Assembly (NCBI GenBank): GCA_965245025.1
Contig: CBDEYN010000001.1
Span: 1 to 61,650, forward strand
Direction of reading: 5' to 3'
DNA: 61,650 nt
Origin: an uncultured Candidatus Saccharibacteria bacterium
GTDB lineage: Bacteria; Patescibacteriota; Saccharimonadia; Saccharimonadales; Saccharimonadaceae
This document shows positions 9,804 to 19,237 of this stretch, piece after piece. Numbering within the stretch: position 1 is the first letter of the stretch; every line of letters starts with the position of its first letter. Position numbers and translations under genes: made by a program. The notes under the pieces were generated by a model that was not told the DNA's origin, did not search any database, and saw nothing but the letters and a program-made list of their open reading frames with translations.

Positions 9804-10571
9804 ATGGAAGAAAATAATTTCAACGCAGGCAATAATTACGTTCACAGCGAACCAACCCCAGTGAAAAGTGGTTCAGGCCTCTCAAAAGTTCTAGCAATCT
9901 GTTTTGCTATTACTACAATCGCCTCAATGGCCACGCTAGCCTATGTCTACACTTCAAAAAATAAAGATACTAAAAAACTAAACGAAGAACTTGTGGAATC
10001 CAAGGAAAAGGTAAAATCTGCAAATGACTCTATCGCAAAATACGAAGAGGCCACACAGACTAAAATCACCGATGTGAAGCAGGATAATGTGACGGTAAAA
10101 GAGATTGTGAAACCGATGGCATTCAAGGCAGATTGGGAGATCTTTAAAGAGAAGTTAAAAAAAGAAACCATGGATACTACCCCGTATTATAGTGAAGTTA
10201 CAAAGCACAGATATCAATACACATTTAACACAGCCTCAATTACTGATATCCAAACTTCCAATAATGGACAATATCTAGTAGCTCGCGGATCATTGAGTAA
10301 ATTAGGCCACTTTGACGGAAACACTGAGGATGGTGCTTATATGGTATTTGATGAGCCTCTTGGAATCGGTAGTGCTGGTCCTGCTACTTTCTATAAGGCT
10401 ATTCCTTCTGGCGAATGGAAAATATTACAACCATGGAATCAGATTCCAGAATGCAACAAATTAACCGATGAGGAAAAAACAATTTTTCACGATTTAACAT
10501 ATAACACTACATACAGTAAAGACATTCACTTTAACTGTGTTACAGACAAAAATGAATCAGTAAATATTTAA
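9804..10571 (+). CDS. Membrane-anchored protein, constant-stalk/variable-head family, copy 3
   Basis: Diverged N-tail and TM, near-identical AYVYTSK...EIVKPM stalk, divergent head. Confidence 0.85.
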   Translation: MEENNFNAGNNYVHSEPTPVKSGSGLSKVLAICFAITTIASMATLAYVYTSKNKDTKKLNEELVESKEKVKSANDSIAKYEEATQTKITDVKQDNVTVKEIVKPMAFKADWEIFKEKLKKETMDTTPYYSEVTKHRYQYTFNTASITDIQTSNNGQYLVARGSLSKLGHFDGNTEDGAYMVFDEPLGIGSAGPATFYKAIPSGEWKILQPWNQIPECNKLTDEEKTIFHDLTYNTTYSKDIHFNCVTDKNESVNI

Positions 10572-10579
10572 CAAATACT

Positions 10580-10608
10580 AAAAAAGAGCCTCGTAAGGGC
10601 TCTTTTTT
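10580..10608 (+). terminator. Intrinsic terminator
   Basis: AAAAAAGAGCC-tcgtaag-GGCTCTTTTTT. Confidence 0.8.
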
Positions 10609-10694
10609 ATATCGTGATTTTTACTTTTATAGTAATTAAACATGTTTAACAATAAAAATAACGCGGACAGGCCGCGCTATTTTTATTTATTCTC

Positions 10695-12860
10695 TTATTG
10701 CTCGACACGCTTCATCGAGAGGGAGAGACGGCCCTTGTCGTCGATAGCTTCGAGGCGAACTTTTACTTCGTCACCCAACTTCAAGACATCTTCCACTTTT
10801 TCGACGCGCTTGTCAGAAATTTGTGAAATGTGAAGCATTCCATCGATACCTGGCATGATGTTGACGAAGGCACCAAAATCTTTGATATTAACGACCTTAC
10901 CGGTGTAGATTTTACCAACTTCAGGTTCTTCGACAAGAGATTTGATCCATTCGACGGCACGTTCGATTTTGGCATCATCTGTACCAGAAACCGTAATGAG
11001 ACCAGAATCATCGATATCAACCTGAGCGCCAGTTTCGGAGGTAATCTTGTTAATCATTTCCCCACCCTTACCGATGACAGCGCCGATTTTATCCTGCTTG
11101 ACCATTAATTTTTCAATACGCGGAGCGTATTCAGAAAGCTTGGCACGCGGAGCAGGAAGAATAGATTTCAAATGTTCCAAGATGAACATACGGCCAGTAT
11201 GAGATTGGCTAATCGCCTGCTCGAGAATCGAAACTGGCAGACCGTGGACTTTCATATCCATCTGAAGAGCAGTAATACCATTCTCAGTACCAGTGACCTT
11301 AAAATCCATATCACCAGCAAAGTCTTCGGCATCCATAAGATCGGTAAGAACGTGTGGAGTTTCACCGTCGAGCATCAAACCCATAGCTACACCGGAGACT
11401 GGGCGCTTGATTGGCACACCAGCATCCATGAGAGCTAGACAGGAAGAACAGGTAGCGGCCATTGAGGTGGAACCGTTTTGAGACATGATTTCAGTAACAG
11501 AACGAATCGCATATGGGAATTCTTCCTTATCTGGAAGCACTGGGATAAGTGCGCGTTCGGCAAGATAACCGTGGCCAATTTCACGACGACCTGGAGCACC
11601 AATACGGCCAGTTTCACCGACAGTATAGCTTGGTGCATTATAGTGGTGCATATAGCGACGAGTACCATCAGTAACTTCCATGGTGTCGACAAGCTGAGAA
11701 TAGGAAAGTGGAGCGAGAGTGACAATATTCATGGCCTGAGTGAGACCGCGGGTAAAGAGAGAGGAACCGTGCACGCGTGGCAAAATACCAACCTGCGAAC
11801 TGAGTGGACGAACTTCATCCAATTTACGACCGTCTGGGCGAACGGATTCTTCGACGATGGCGCGGCGGACTTCGTGATGAATTGCAAGTTCAAAGGCATC
11901 GTGATAGGCAGATTGAAGATTGGCAACATAGTCAGCAATTTTTTCTTCATCAGTTTCACCCTGACCAAGCTCGAGCGCAAATTCAGCATCCATCTCAGCA
12001 CGGAGTTCATCGGCGGCACGCTTACGATCGAGAACGTTACCACGAATCTTAGTGCCGAGTTTACCATCTTCGCCGACGAAGTGAACCTTAGTCCAAGCAT
12101 CAACTTTTTCCTGAATGGCTGGATCTGGCAAGGCTAATTCGAATGGTTTTTCGATAACATTTAGTTCGGCCTTCAAGGCTTTTTGAAGCTCGAGAGCTGG
12201 CTGAACCATCTCAACGGCCCAACGCATTGCATCGATAATGACTGATTCAGAAACTTCGTTCGCACCAGCTTCCACCATCATCACCTTATCATCCTTCACG
12301 GCAACTACAAGGTCGAGATCAGAAGCTTCGCGCTCTTCAGGGCTCAAGAAGGCCTTAAATTCACCATTCACACGACCAATGCGTACACCGGCGATTGGCC
12401 CGTCGAAAGGTACGCCGGCATTCATCAAGGCTGAAGAAGCAGCCACCATGGCGACCATATCAGGACGGAAGCTTGGATCCATCGAGAGAACAGTGGTCAC
12501 TACCTGAACTTCTTGACGATAGCCTTTCGGGAAGAGAGGGCGAATTGGGCGATCGATCAAACGACCGACCAGAATAGCCTCGTCGGCTGGCTTACCTTCA
12601 CGCTTAATAAACTTTGAACTAGAGATTTTACCTGAGGCATAGAACTTTTCTTCGTAATCAATCGAGAGCGGGAAAAAATCTTGCACCACCGGTTTTTCAC
12701 TGACGACCACGGAGCCGAGCACCACAGTATCACCATAGGTAACAAGAACCGAGCTGGTAGTGCGAAAACCGACGCGATTAACTTCAATCGTGAGCTTCTT
12801 ACCACAAAAATCTCTCGACAAGCTAAAGGTTTGCTTGCCAGTAGGGTTGATAATATCCAT
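10695..12860 (-). CDS. pnp: Polyribonucleotide nucleotidyltransferase (PNPase)
   Basis: Motifs DFFPLSIDYEEK, RLIDRPIRPLFP, HGSSLFTRG, RREIGHG and DFAGDMDFKV; KH and S1 domains. Confidence 0.97.
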   Translation of the reverse strand: MDIINPTGKQTFSLSRDFCGKKLTIEVNRVGFRTTSSVLVTYGDTVVLGSVVVSEKPVVQDFFPLSIDYEEKFYASGKISSSKFIKREGKPADEAILVGRLIDRPIRPLFPKGYRQEVQVVTTVLSMDPSFRPDMVAMVAASSALMNAGVPFDGPIAGVRIGRVNGEFKAFLSPEEREASDLDLVVAVKDDKVMMVEAGANEVSESVIIDAMRWAVEMVQPALELQKALKAELNVIEKPFELALPDPAIQEKVDAWTKVHFVGEDGKLGTKIRGNVLDRKRAADELRAEMDAEFALELGQGETDEEKIADYVANLQSAYHDAFELAIHHEVRRAIVEESVRPDGRKLDEVRPLSSQVGILPRVHGSSLFTRGLTQAMNIVTLAPLSYSQLVDTMEVTDGTRRYMHHYNAPSYTVGETGRIGAPGRREIGHGYLAERALIPVLPDKEEFPYAIRSVTEIMSQNGSTSMAATCSSCLALMDAGVPIKRPVSGVAMGLMLDGETPHVLTDLMDAEDFAGDMDFKVTGTENGITALQMDMKVHGLPVSILEQAISQSHTGRMFILEHLKSILPAPRAKLSEYAPRIEKLMVKQDKIGAVIGKGGEMINKITSETGAQVDIDDSGLITVSGTDDAKIERAVEWIKSLVEEPEVGKIYTGKVVNIKDFGAFVNIMPGIDGMLHISQISDKRVEKVEDVLKLGDEVKVRLEAIDDKGRLSLSMKRVEQ

Positions 12861-12872
12861 ATTTTCCTTTCT

Positions 12873-12929
12873 GGGAAAACACCAGATAAGTGCTTTGAAG
12901 GTTTCAGAAAACTTATCCGCCGTCTTCCC
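12873..12929 (-). promoter_or_regulatory. Long hairpin in the pnp 5' leader
   Basis: On the minus strand: GGGAAGAC..GGATAAGT..TGAA-acc-TTCA..ACTTATCT..GTTTTCCC, lying between the -10 box (12945-12950) and the start codon. Confidence 0.6.
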
Positions 12930-13099
12930 GCTTATAACTATTCAATTATAGCACAAATGGCGAGTTTTAGGGTGCTTTGGTAGCTCATCAGAGGTGAAAT
13001 TTGCATTTTTATATCGTTTATGTTACAATAGAGTTGTTACTTGCGGCCCGTATGTATATATGGCGCCACTGAATGCACCTTACGAAAAGGAGTGTAAAA

Positions 13100-13987
13100 A
13101 TGATCAACACCGATACGAATGCAGTATTGAATTTTGAAGAAGATTCAAATGAAGATGGCCGGGATAACCCAGCTAACGAATGGAAATTGGTAGTTTCAAA
13201 AAAGAAGCTGCCCAATAATCATGGGAACGCAAAATTCAAAAACAAGCATCAGAGAAAATCCTGGACTAATGTCGATCACAGAGAAGTCTACATTGAAGAG
13301 CAGCTATCCAAGGAAATTGAGCCGAACTACGATCCAATCGATGCGGCAAAAATTTCTTACCCAATCGCCATCATTAAGGGTAAATTACCGGAGGAAAAAC
13401 GCATGAGACTCGACAAGAATGGCGTGCCGTGTGGCAAAGTAGAGGTGACGCCTTTTGTAGAAGATTTTTGGCTTCCTTATAAGAAGCAAATCAGACTCGA
13501 CAAGAATGTCGATATTGCGATAATTCACTACCCCTTCAAATATAATGGGCAGTGGTACACAAAAATCTGTTTTCAGCTGAATAATCTCTACGATGAGCCG
13601 GTATTAAATAATGGTTCTGGTTACTTATATCAACAGTTAACCAAAAGAGATAAACAGGTGAATCTCTTCGAGAGTCAAAATGATTCCAGCAAGGTTAAGA
13701 TGACCTACGTGGCACCATCTGAACTTGATGAGTTCATTAAGGAACTTAGACAGATGTCCCCTAATCATCGAGCTGAACGGCTTGTACGTAAAACCGTACG
13801 CCCGACAACGGAAGAAATCGAAAAGATAGTATGCGATGCATCGCTACACTGTGCTAGAAAGCTTCTGGCGGAATACATTAAATCCACCGGAAGAAAAGAC
13901 ATTAAATTTGTGACGTACAGCGCTTGCAAATCCAACGAGGATAGGATATTAAAAGAGCTGGAGGAATCTGGTCAGATTAATCTCTAA
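13100..13987 (+). CDS. Hypothetical soluble protein
   Basis: Long ORF with an AGGAG SD before ATG 13100, its own TTGCAT/TACAAT-like promoter and a terminator. No recognisable motif. Confidence 0.7.
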   Translation: MINTDTNAVLNFEEDSNEDGRDNPANEWKLVVSKKKLPNNHGNAKFKNKHQRKSWTNVDHREVYIEEQLSKEIEPNYDPIDAAKISYPIAIIKGKLPEEKRMRLDKNGVPCGKVEVTPFVEDFWLPYKKQIRLDKNVDIAIIHYPFKYNGQWYTKICFQLNNLYDEPVLNNGSGYLYQQLTKRDKQVNLFESQNDSSKVKMTYVAPSELDEFIKELRQMSPNHRAERLVRKTVRPTTEEIEKIVCDASLHCARKLLAEYIKSTGRKDIKFVTYSACKSNEDRILKELEESGQINL

Positions 13988-14063
13988 AATTATCTATGTT
14001 TCTAAATAAAATGATATTTCTGAACACATGAGATTTTGTAACTACACACCTTTAATTTTATTC

Positions 14064-14093
14064 GAGGAGAGCTTTAGAAGTTCTCCTCTTTTT
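14064..14093 (+). terminator. Intrinsic terminator
   Basis: GAGGAGAGCT...AGTTCTCCTC followed by TTTTT. Confidence 0.65.
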
Positions 14094-14124
14094 CTTGGCT
14101 TGATTTTGATGGATTCTTAGACAC

Positions 14125-14150
14125 AAAAAATACCCCCGAGGGGGGGTATT
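14125..14150 (-). terminator. Terminator after rpsO
   Basis: AAAAAATACCCCC-gagg-GGGGGTATT; the T tract is on the minus strand. Confidence 0.75.
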
Positions 14151-14152
14151 AA

Positions 14153-14419
14153 TTATTTACGTAGACCGAGTTTGGCAACTGTTGACTTGTAAAGCTCAAA
14201 ATCAGTTTTCTCGAGGTACTTCAATAGACGTTTGCGGCGACCTACCATTTGCATGAGTCCGCGACGAGCCATAAAGTCGTGCTTATTCACCTTTACGTGC
14301 TCAGTCACTTCTTTGATACGCTCAGTCAAGATAGAAACTTGCACCTCTGGAGAACCCACATCTTTTGCATTGCGAGCAGTGGCTTGAATGGCCTTAGCTT
14401 TGTTCTCTTTTGTAATCAT
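14153..14419 (-). CDS. rpsO: 30S ribosomal protein S15
   Basis: Motifs [11 protein letters not shown] and [16 protein letters not shown]. Confidence 0.97.
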   Translation of the reverse strand: MITKENKAKAIQATARNAKDVGSPEVQVSILTERIKEVTEHVKVNKHDFMARRGLMQMVGRRKRLLKYLEKTDFELYKSTVAKLGLRK

Positions 14420-14467
14420 ATTGGTGCTATCTTAACATAAGAGAGCAGGAATTTCAAGAGGTTGGAT

Positions 14468-15217
14468 TTATTTTTCTAAATTTTCCGCCATAAAATTGTC
14501 TAAGGTAACCGCGTCCTCAATTTTATATGGGCCGACTTGAATACGTCGAAGCGCCGTAAGGTAGGCAGAAGTGCCGAGTGATTTTCCGATATCCTCGCCC
14601 AGGGTGCGAATATAGGTACCAGAAGAGACGTGAGTGCGAATTTTAAGTGTAGGATATTGATAATTGAGAATTTCTAGAGCATAGATTTCCACCTGGCGGG
14701 AGGGCATTTCAACCTGCTTCCCTTCACGAGCTAATTGATAGGCACGCTTACCGTTAATTTTAATGGCGGAAAAGGCAGGGAGAGTCTGAATAATTTGACC
14801 AAGGAAATTTCGACAGACCGTTTCAACCTCTTCTCTAGTCGGAATTCTCGTCACCTCATGAGTGGTAATTTCACCCTCGGGATCACCGGTGGTACTGGAT
14901 TTGCCAAGCTCGATAGTGGCCTCATACCATTTATCAAGCTTCAAAAAAGTGTCCGAAAGCTTAGTAGCCTTATGAGTCAAAATAATTAAGAGACCGGTGG
15001 CGAAAGGATCAAGAGTACCAGTGTGACCGACTTTTACCTTCTTCCCCTCCTGCTCACTAAGCTTTCGACGAATCCGAGCAACCACGCCAAAAGAAGTCAT
15101 CTGGTCTGGCTTATCGATTAATAATATATCCGGATTTTGACGCGGATCGAGATTAATGGATGGTTCTGGATTTTCGGTATGAAGATTGGTCTGAGGTAAG
15201 TTTGGTTCTGAGTTCAT
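14468..15217 (-). CDS. truB: tRNA pseudouridine(55) synthase
   Basis: Motifs KVGHTGTLDPFATGLL, FSAIKINGKRAYQLAR and SSGTYIRTL. Confidence 0.95.
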   Translation of the reverse strand: MNSEPNLPQTNLHTENPEPSINLDPRQNPDILLIDKPDQMTSFGVVARIRRKLSEQEGKKVKVGHTGTLDPFATGLLIILTHKATKLSDTFLKLDKWYEATIELGKSSTTGDPEGEITTHEVTRIPTREEVETVCRNFLGQIIQTLPAFSAIKINGKRAYQLAREGKQVEMPSRQVEIYALEILNYQYPTLKIRTHVSSGTYIRTLGEDIGKSLGTSAYLTALRRIQVGPYKIEDAVTLDNFMAENLEK

Positions 15218-15219
15218 TT

Positions 15220-17478
15220 TTACATTCCTGGAATATGAAAGGCGGTTGGGTCAATCTTAGCTGGTGCTGGTTCAGTTGGCTCTTCTGGTGAGAAAATCGC
15301 AGCTGGTTCGGCGATTGGAGCGGCGACTGGAGCGTTAGTGTCTACTGGCTGAGAAATCAGCGGCGACTCTGAAGCAAAAGTACGGAGTGGTGGTTCGGCT
15401 GGAGCCTCTACTGGAGCTGGGGCCGGAGTCGATACTGGATCTAAATCGCCAGGAATCGGGCTGGAAGCTACTGAGTTAATTGGGGACTGATTTAACTGGG
15501 CAGCCTCAGTGGCAGCAGTAGCCTGAGCGAAGAAATCAACATCTGGAGTCGATGGGGCCTCTGGTGGCATCGGTGGCATCGGTGGCATTAAGTCGACTGG
15601 CACTGAATTAACAAATGCTTGGTCGTTATCTAGTGGTTGATTTGGCATAGAAGCAGCATCAAAAATCACTGGAGCTGGTGGAACTGGAGGCATTGACTGC
15701 ATCGGTTCCATTGGTTGTACTGGTGGTACTGGCGCCATAGGCTGTACTGGTTGCGTAAATTGAACTGGCTCTACTGGAGCGACCATTGGCGTAGGCTGCA
15801 TTGGTTCGACATATGGCATGGATTGAGCTTGAGAGACTGGAGCAGTAAATTGCATCGATTGGATAGGCGAAACTGGTTCAGAATACTGCGTTGGTTGAAC
15901 GAACCGGGTTGGTTGGGTTGGCTGAACTTGTTGGATATGCTGGGCTGGCTGGACTGGAGCAGTAAATTGCATCGGTTGCTCTTGTGGAATTGATGCGACA
16001 AGTGGAGTCGGCTGAGTAAATGGAGCTGTTTGGGCAAGTGGAGTTGGTGTAGCAAGATTTTGTGCAAAATTAAGTGGCGGAGTCGGCATGACTGGCGCCT
16101 GGTAATTTGGCGTTTCATTAGTGTAGTTTGGTTGAGGTAGACTAGGCTCTGGGTTTTGGATGAAATTATTTTCCATCACGGCCGAAGCTGCGGCGGCGGC
16201 AGGATTAATTGGAGCCTGATAAACTGGAGCTTGCTGAGGTTCAAGAGACTGAGGGATTGGAGCCGACTGAGACTCGATTGTCTGAGGTGCGGACGTTGGC
16301 TGTGATTCGAAAGACTGAGAGACTGGAGCTGGTTGAGAGACTGGTTGAGGTTCAAGAGATTGAGTAACCAGAGTTGGTTGAGATTCAAGAGGTTGACCAT
16401 CAAGTGTTTGATTAGGATTTGGTTCAATTTCAATATAATCAAGCGGACTATCGGAAACCGGAATGGACTCTACGGGAGCTGAATCAGCTGTGACAGCTGG
16501 GGTAGCTGGAACAGCAGGGTTTAATGGGGTGGCAGGAGTAGCAGCGATAACAGACGCTTCTGGTACTTGGACTCCGTTCGAGACTTGAGCTTCGTTTGAG
16601 GCTTGAGTTTCGGCTGGAGTTTTAATTTTCTCCATAATTTGAGAAGAAATTAATTGCTGATTGGCGCCAAAAGACATCAATTTGGAGGCAATCGACATAG
16701 TATTTGACGAGGTGCGTGGATTAGAAAAATGATCCGTAGAGGCGACAATACCAGTGAGTAGCGCGGTTGCAACTTGTTCACTAAAACTGGCTAGTCCAAG
16801 TCTATCAGCTAGGCCCACAATCATTTCAGAAATAGAGGATACATTAGAGTCCTGCCACTCAAGTTCAGCAAAACGGCCTGGAGTATCGACGGTGAGGTTA
16901 ATTGCAGTGGCATCGTGCATAATGCGACCATATTCGGAAAGCGCTGGGTCAATTTCATCACCAGAAATGACATTGAAACAAATTACTAGATCAACATTAT
17001 AGTCACCGTGAGACATACTGAGGTCGGCTTGACCAATGGTAGCCTTGTACGGCGTAACATAAACCTTAACGAAATCACCTTCGATTTTATAGCTAATATG
17101 ATCAACCTTATCCTTACTGAGGGCGATAATAAAATCCTGCAAACTATTGGTGGTTTTTTCGAAGGTTTCTTCTGGTTTCAAAAATTGCAAAACATTTGGC
17201 ACCTGGCCGGAAAAGATCGCCGTAACATGCTTGCGCATGGTGTCAAGAATCATGGCAAGACCGAGCGCGGCGGAAATTTCGTCGATATTCGGATTTTTGG
17301 AAAGTGCAATCAAAATATTTTCACTGGCTTTGATTTTTTCGACTACACGGTTAGTAATATTACTGATATCATCAAGGGCCGGCAGTTCGCCAGCTTCGGC
17401 ATTTTTAATGGCATTAGTGACACTACTACCAAGTTTAGGATTAATAGGTGAATTTGAATTTTGATTATTTGTTTGCAT
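15220..17478 (-). CDS. Degenerate DHH-family phosphoesterase-like domain fused to a long Pro/Gln-rich tail
   Basis: NPNIDEISAALGL, SSISEM and ATALLTGIVASTDHF resemble DHH/NrnA motifs. The C-terminal ~460 aa are low complexity. Confidence 0.7.
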   Translation of the reverse strand: MQTNNQNSNSPINPKLGSSVTNAIKNAEAGELPALDDISNITNRVVEKIKASENILIALSKNPNIDEISAALGLAMILDTMRKHVTAIFSGQVPNVLQFLKPEETFEKTTNSLQDFIIALSKDKVDHISYKIEGDFVKVYVTPYKATIGQADLSMSHGDYNVDLVICFNVISGDEIDPALSEYGRIMHDATAINLTVDTPGRFAELEWQDSNVSSISEMIVGLADRLGLASFSEQVATALLTGIVASTDHFSNPRTSSNTMSIASKLMSFGANQQLISSQIMEKIKTPAETQASNEAQVSNGVQVPEASVIAATPATPLNPAVPATPAVTADSAPVESIPVSDSPLDYIEIEPNPNQTLDGQPLESQPTLVTQSLEPQPVSQPAPVSQSFESQPTSAPQTIESQSAPIPQSLEPQQAPVYQAPINPAAAAASAVMENNFIQNPEPSLPQPNYTNETPNYQAPVMPTPPLNFAQNLATPTPLAQTAPFTQPTPLVASIPQEQPMQFTAPVQPAQHIQQVQPTQPTRFVQPTQYSEPVSPIQSMQFTAPVSQAQSMPYVEPMQPTPMVAPVEPVQFTQPVQPMAPVPPVQPMEPMQSMPPVPPAPVIFDAASMPNQPLDNDQAFVNSVPVDLMPPMPPMPPEAPSTPDVDFFAQATAATEAAQLNQSPINSVASSPIPGDLDPVSTPAPAPVEAPAEPPLRTFASESPLISQPVDTNAPVAAPIAEPAAIFSPEEPTEPAPAKIDPTAFHIPGM

Positions 17479-17556
17479 TTTTGACTCTTTTCCTCTTAAA
17501 ATATAACATAATCATCTTGGGGTTGCAAGGAAAACTAACACGGTTATAATAGAGGT

Positions 17557-18510
17557 ATGCCGGAGTTACCAGAAGTTGAAACAATCCTCAGGGGGGTTTT
17601 GAAATTTACTAAACATAAATCTGTAGGAAAAGTCAAAATTAGTTCCCTCTCCTCTTTTTATGGACCAAAAGAACTAATCGAAGGACAAAAGATTTTTGGG
17701 ATGCGCCGATTTGGCAAGGCCTTGATTTTTGATTTCGAAAATGGCGTCTCAATGATGGTGCATCTGAGAATGACCGGACAATTAATTTATCGAAATCTAG
17801 GAACCGAATCTGGTAAAGATTTCGTGAAGATGATTTCGCAAGGTGATTTTAAAACGGAATTGTTCGACAAGGATGGTTTTTCAGGCGGGCATCCTAGCGA
17901 AAGTTTTTATGGAGGTTTACCGAATAAGCAAACGCGAGTGGAATTTGAGATTTGCGAAAAAACTGCGGCCGGCGAACTGGAGCAAATCGGTACGCTTTAT
18001 TTTAATGATCAGAGGAAATTTGGTTTCTGTAAAGTACTAGAAACTAGCGAAGTTATGAATGAACCTTTTATCAAGAAGCTTGCCAAAGAGCCGTGGGATA
18101 TGACAGACGAAGAGTTCAAAAAGAATTTGATGCGACATAAAAAAGCCTTGATTAAGCCGACGATTCTAGACCAAACAGTAGTTTGTGGATTGGGTAATAT
18201 TTATGCCGATGAATCGCTTTATTTTGCTAAAATCCACCCAGAGCGTATCGTAGAAAGTTTGACCGATGAAGAAATTCATAAGCTTCTGATTGGTGCGCGC
18301 ACAGTCATGCAGGATTCGATTGATTCAGGCGGTAGCACTATGGCGACTTATGTGAAGGCGGACGGCACGAAGGGTGATTATTTAACTAAGTTTGCCAAAG
18401 TTTTTCGTCGCGAGGGTGAACCGTGTGAACGATGCGGTACGGAAATTATTAAAATTAAAGTGGCGGGACGTGGCACACACCTTTGTCCATACTGTCAAAA
18501 GAAATTTTAG
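17557..18510 (+). CDS. mutM: Formamidopyrimidine-DNA glycosylase (Fpg)
   Basis: Motifs MPELPEVET, HLRMTG, DQRKFG and GLGNIYADE; C-terminal zinc finger. Confidence 0.95.
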   Translation: MPELPEVETILRGVLKFTKHKSVGKVKISSLSSFYGPKELIEGQKIFGMRRFGKALIFDFENGVSMMVHLRMTGQLIYRNLGTESGKDFVKMISQGDFKTELFDKDGFSGGHPSESFYGGLPNKQTRVEFEICEKTAAGELEQIGTLYFNDQRKFGFCKVLETSEVMNEPFIKKLAKEPWDMTDEEFKKNLMRHKKALIKPTILDQTVVCGLGNIYADESLYFAKIHPERIVESLTDEEIHKLLIGARTVMQDSIDSGGSTMATYVKADGTKGDYLTKFAKVFRREGEPCERCGTEIIKIKVAGRGTHLCPYCQKKF

Positions 18511-18517
18511 GACCTAA

Positions 18518-19147
18518 ATGATTTATATTTTCGACGGAGAGGATCGCAAAAAAGCTGAACAAAAAGCTCAGATGATTTTGGGGGGAAAAATCGAGATTAT
18601 CGATGCGGATAATATTGGTCTAGTAGAACTGGAATCGATTTTTCTCGGTGTAACATTTTTTGAGGCGGAGCGTCGAATTTTGATTAAAGATCTGTTTCTG
18701 AAAAAAGATTTAGTGGAGAAACTGCCAAACTTAATAAATACGCCACATAAAATTGTTCTACTTGAAACCAAACTTGATAAGCGTGGAGCGGTTTACAAAG
18801 AGCTAGTGAAGCTGGCAAAAACTAATTCGGAGATTAAATTCGAAACTTTTGCCGCCGTAGAGCAGACGGTGGATCGCAATGCAGTGTTTCGAATTTTTGA
18901 TCTAGCCATGACGGACGGTAGACGCGCAGTAAAAAATTTGCAATCTATTGAATCCGATAACGATCCTTATGCGACGATTGGGGCTTGGACGAAAAAGGCC
19001 TGTGATTTACTAGAGCGAAATCCCAAAAAAGCCCGGGCGATTCTAAAAGAATTAGCTAAAATCGACGTACTAGTAAAATCGACGGATTTTAGTAAAGAGC
19101 CCTGGATATTACTTGAGGGATTATTACTGAGGATTCCTAATCTTTAA
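18518..19147 (+). CDS. Probable short DNA polymerase III delta (HolA)-like protein
   Basis: MIYIFDGED start, FF..RRILIK, LDKR and a C-terminal LAKID..VKS..P..LLE helix; adjacent to rpsT as holA often is. Confidence 0.55.
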   Translation: MIYIFDGEDRKKAEQKAQMILGGKIEIIDADNIGLVELESIFLGVTFFEAERRILIKDLFLKKDLVEKLPNLINTPHKIVLLETKLDKRGAVYKELVKLAKTNSEIKFETFAAVEQTVDRNAVFRIFDLAMTDGRRAVKNLQSIESDNDPYATIGAWTKKACDLLERNPKKARAILKELAKIDVLVKSTDFSKEPWILLEGLLLRIPNL

Positions 19148-19209
19148 AATTAATTTTCAGATTTTAAGATTTTAAGGTTTTCCGATTTTCAGATTTGAGA
19201 TTTTTGCAC

Positions 19210-19236
19210 AAAAAAGACCTCCGGAGAGGTCTTTTT
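19210..19236. terminator. Bidirectional terminator
   Basis: AAAAAAGACCTC-cgga-GAGGTCTTTTT. Confidence 0.8.
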
Positions 19237-19237
19237 A

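Noticed and set aside
5834..10571. Diversity-generating retroelement as the source of head variation
   Set aside because: There is no reverse transcriptase and no TR/VR pair differing only at adenines. The heads differ throughout and include indels.
11478..12137. Long antisense or alternate-frame ORFs inside pnp and other core genes
   Set aside because: These are shadow ORFs caused by codon bias, with no motifs or independent expression signals.
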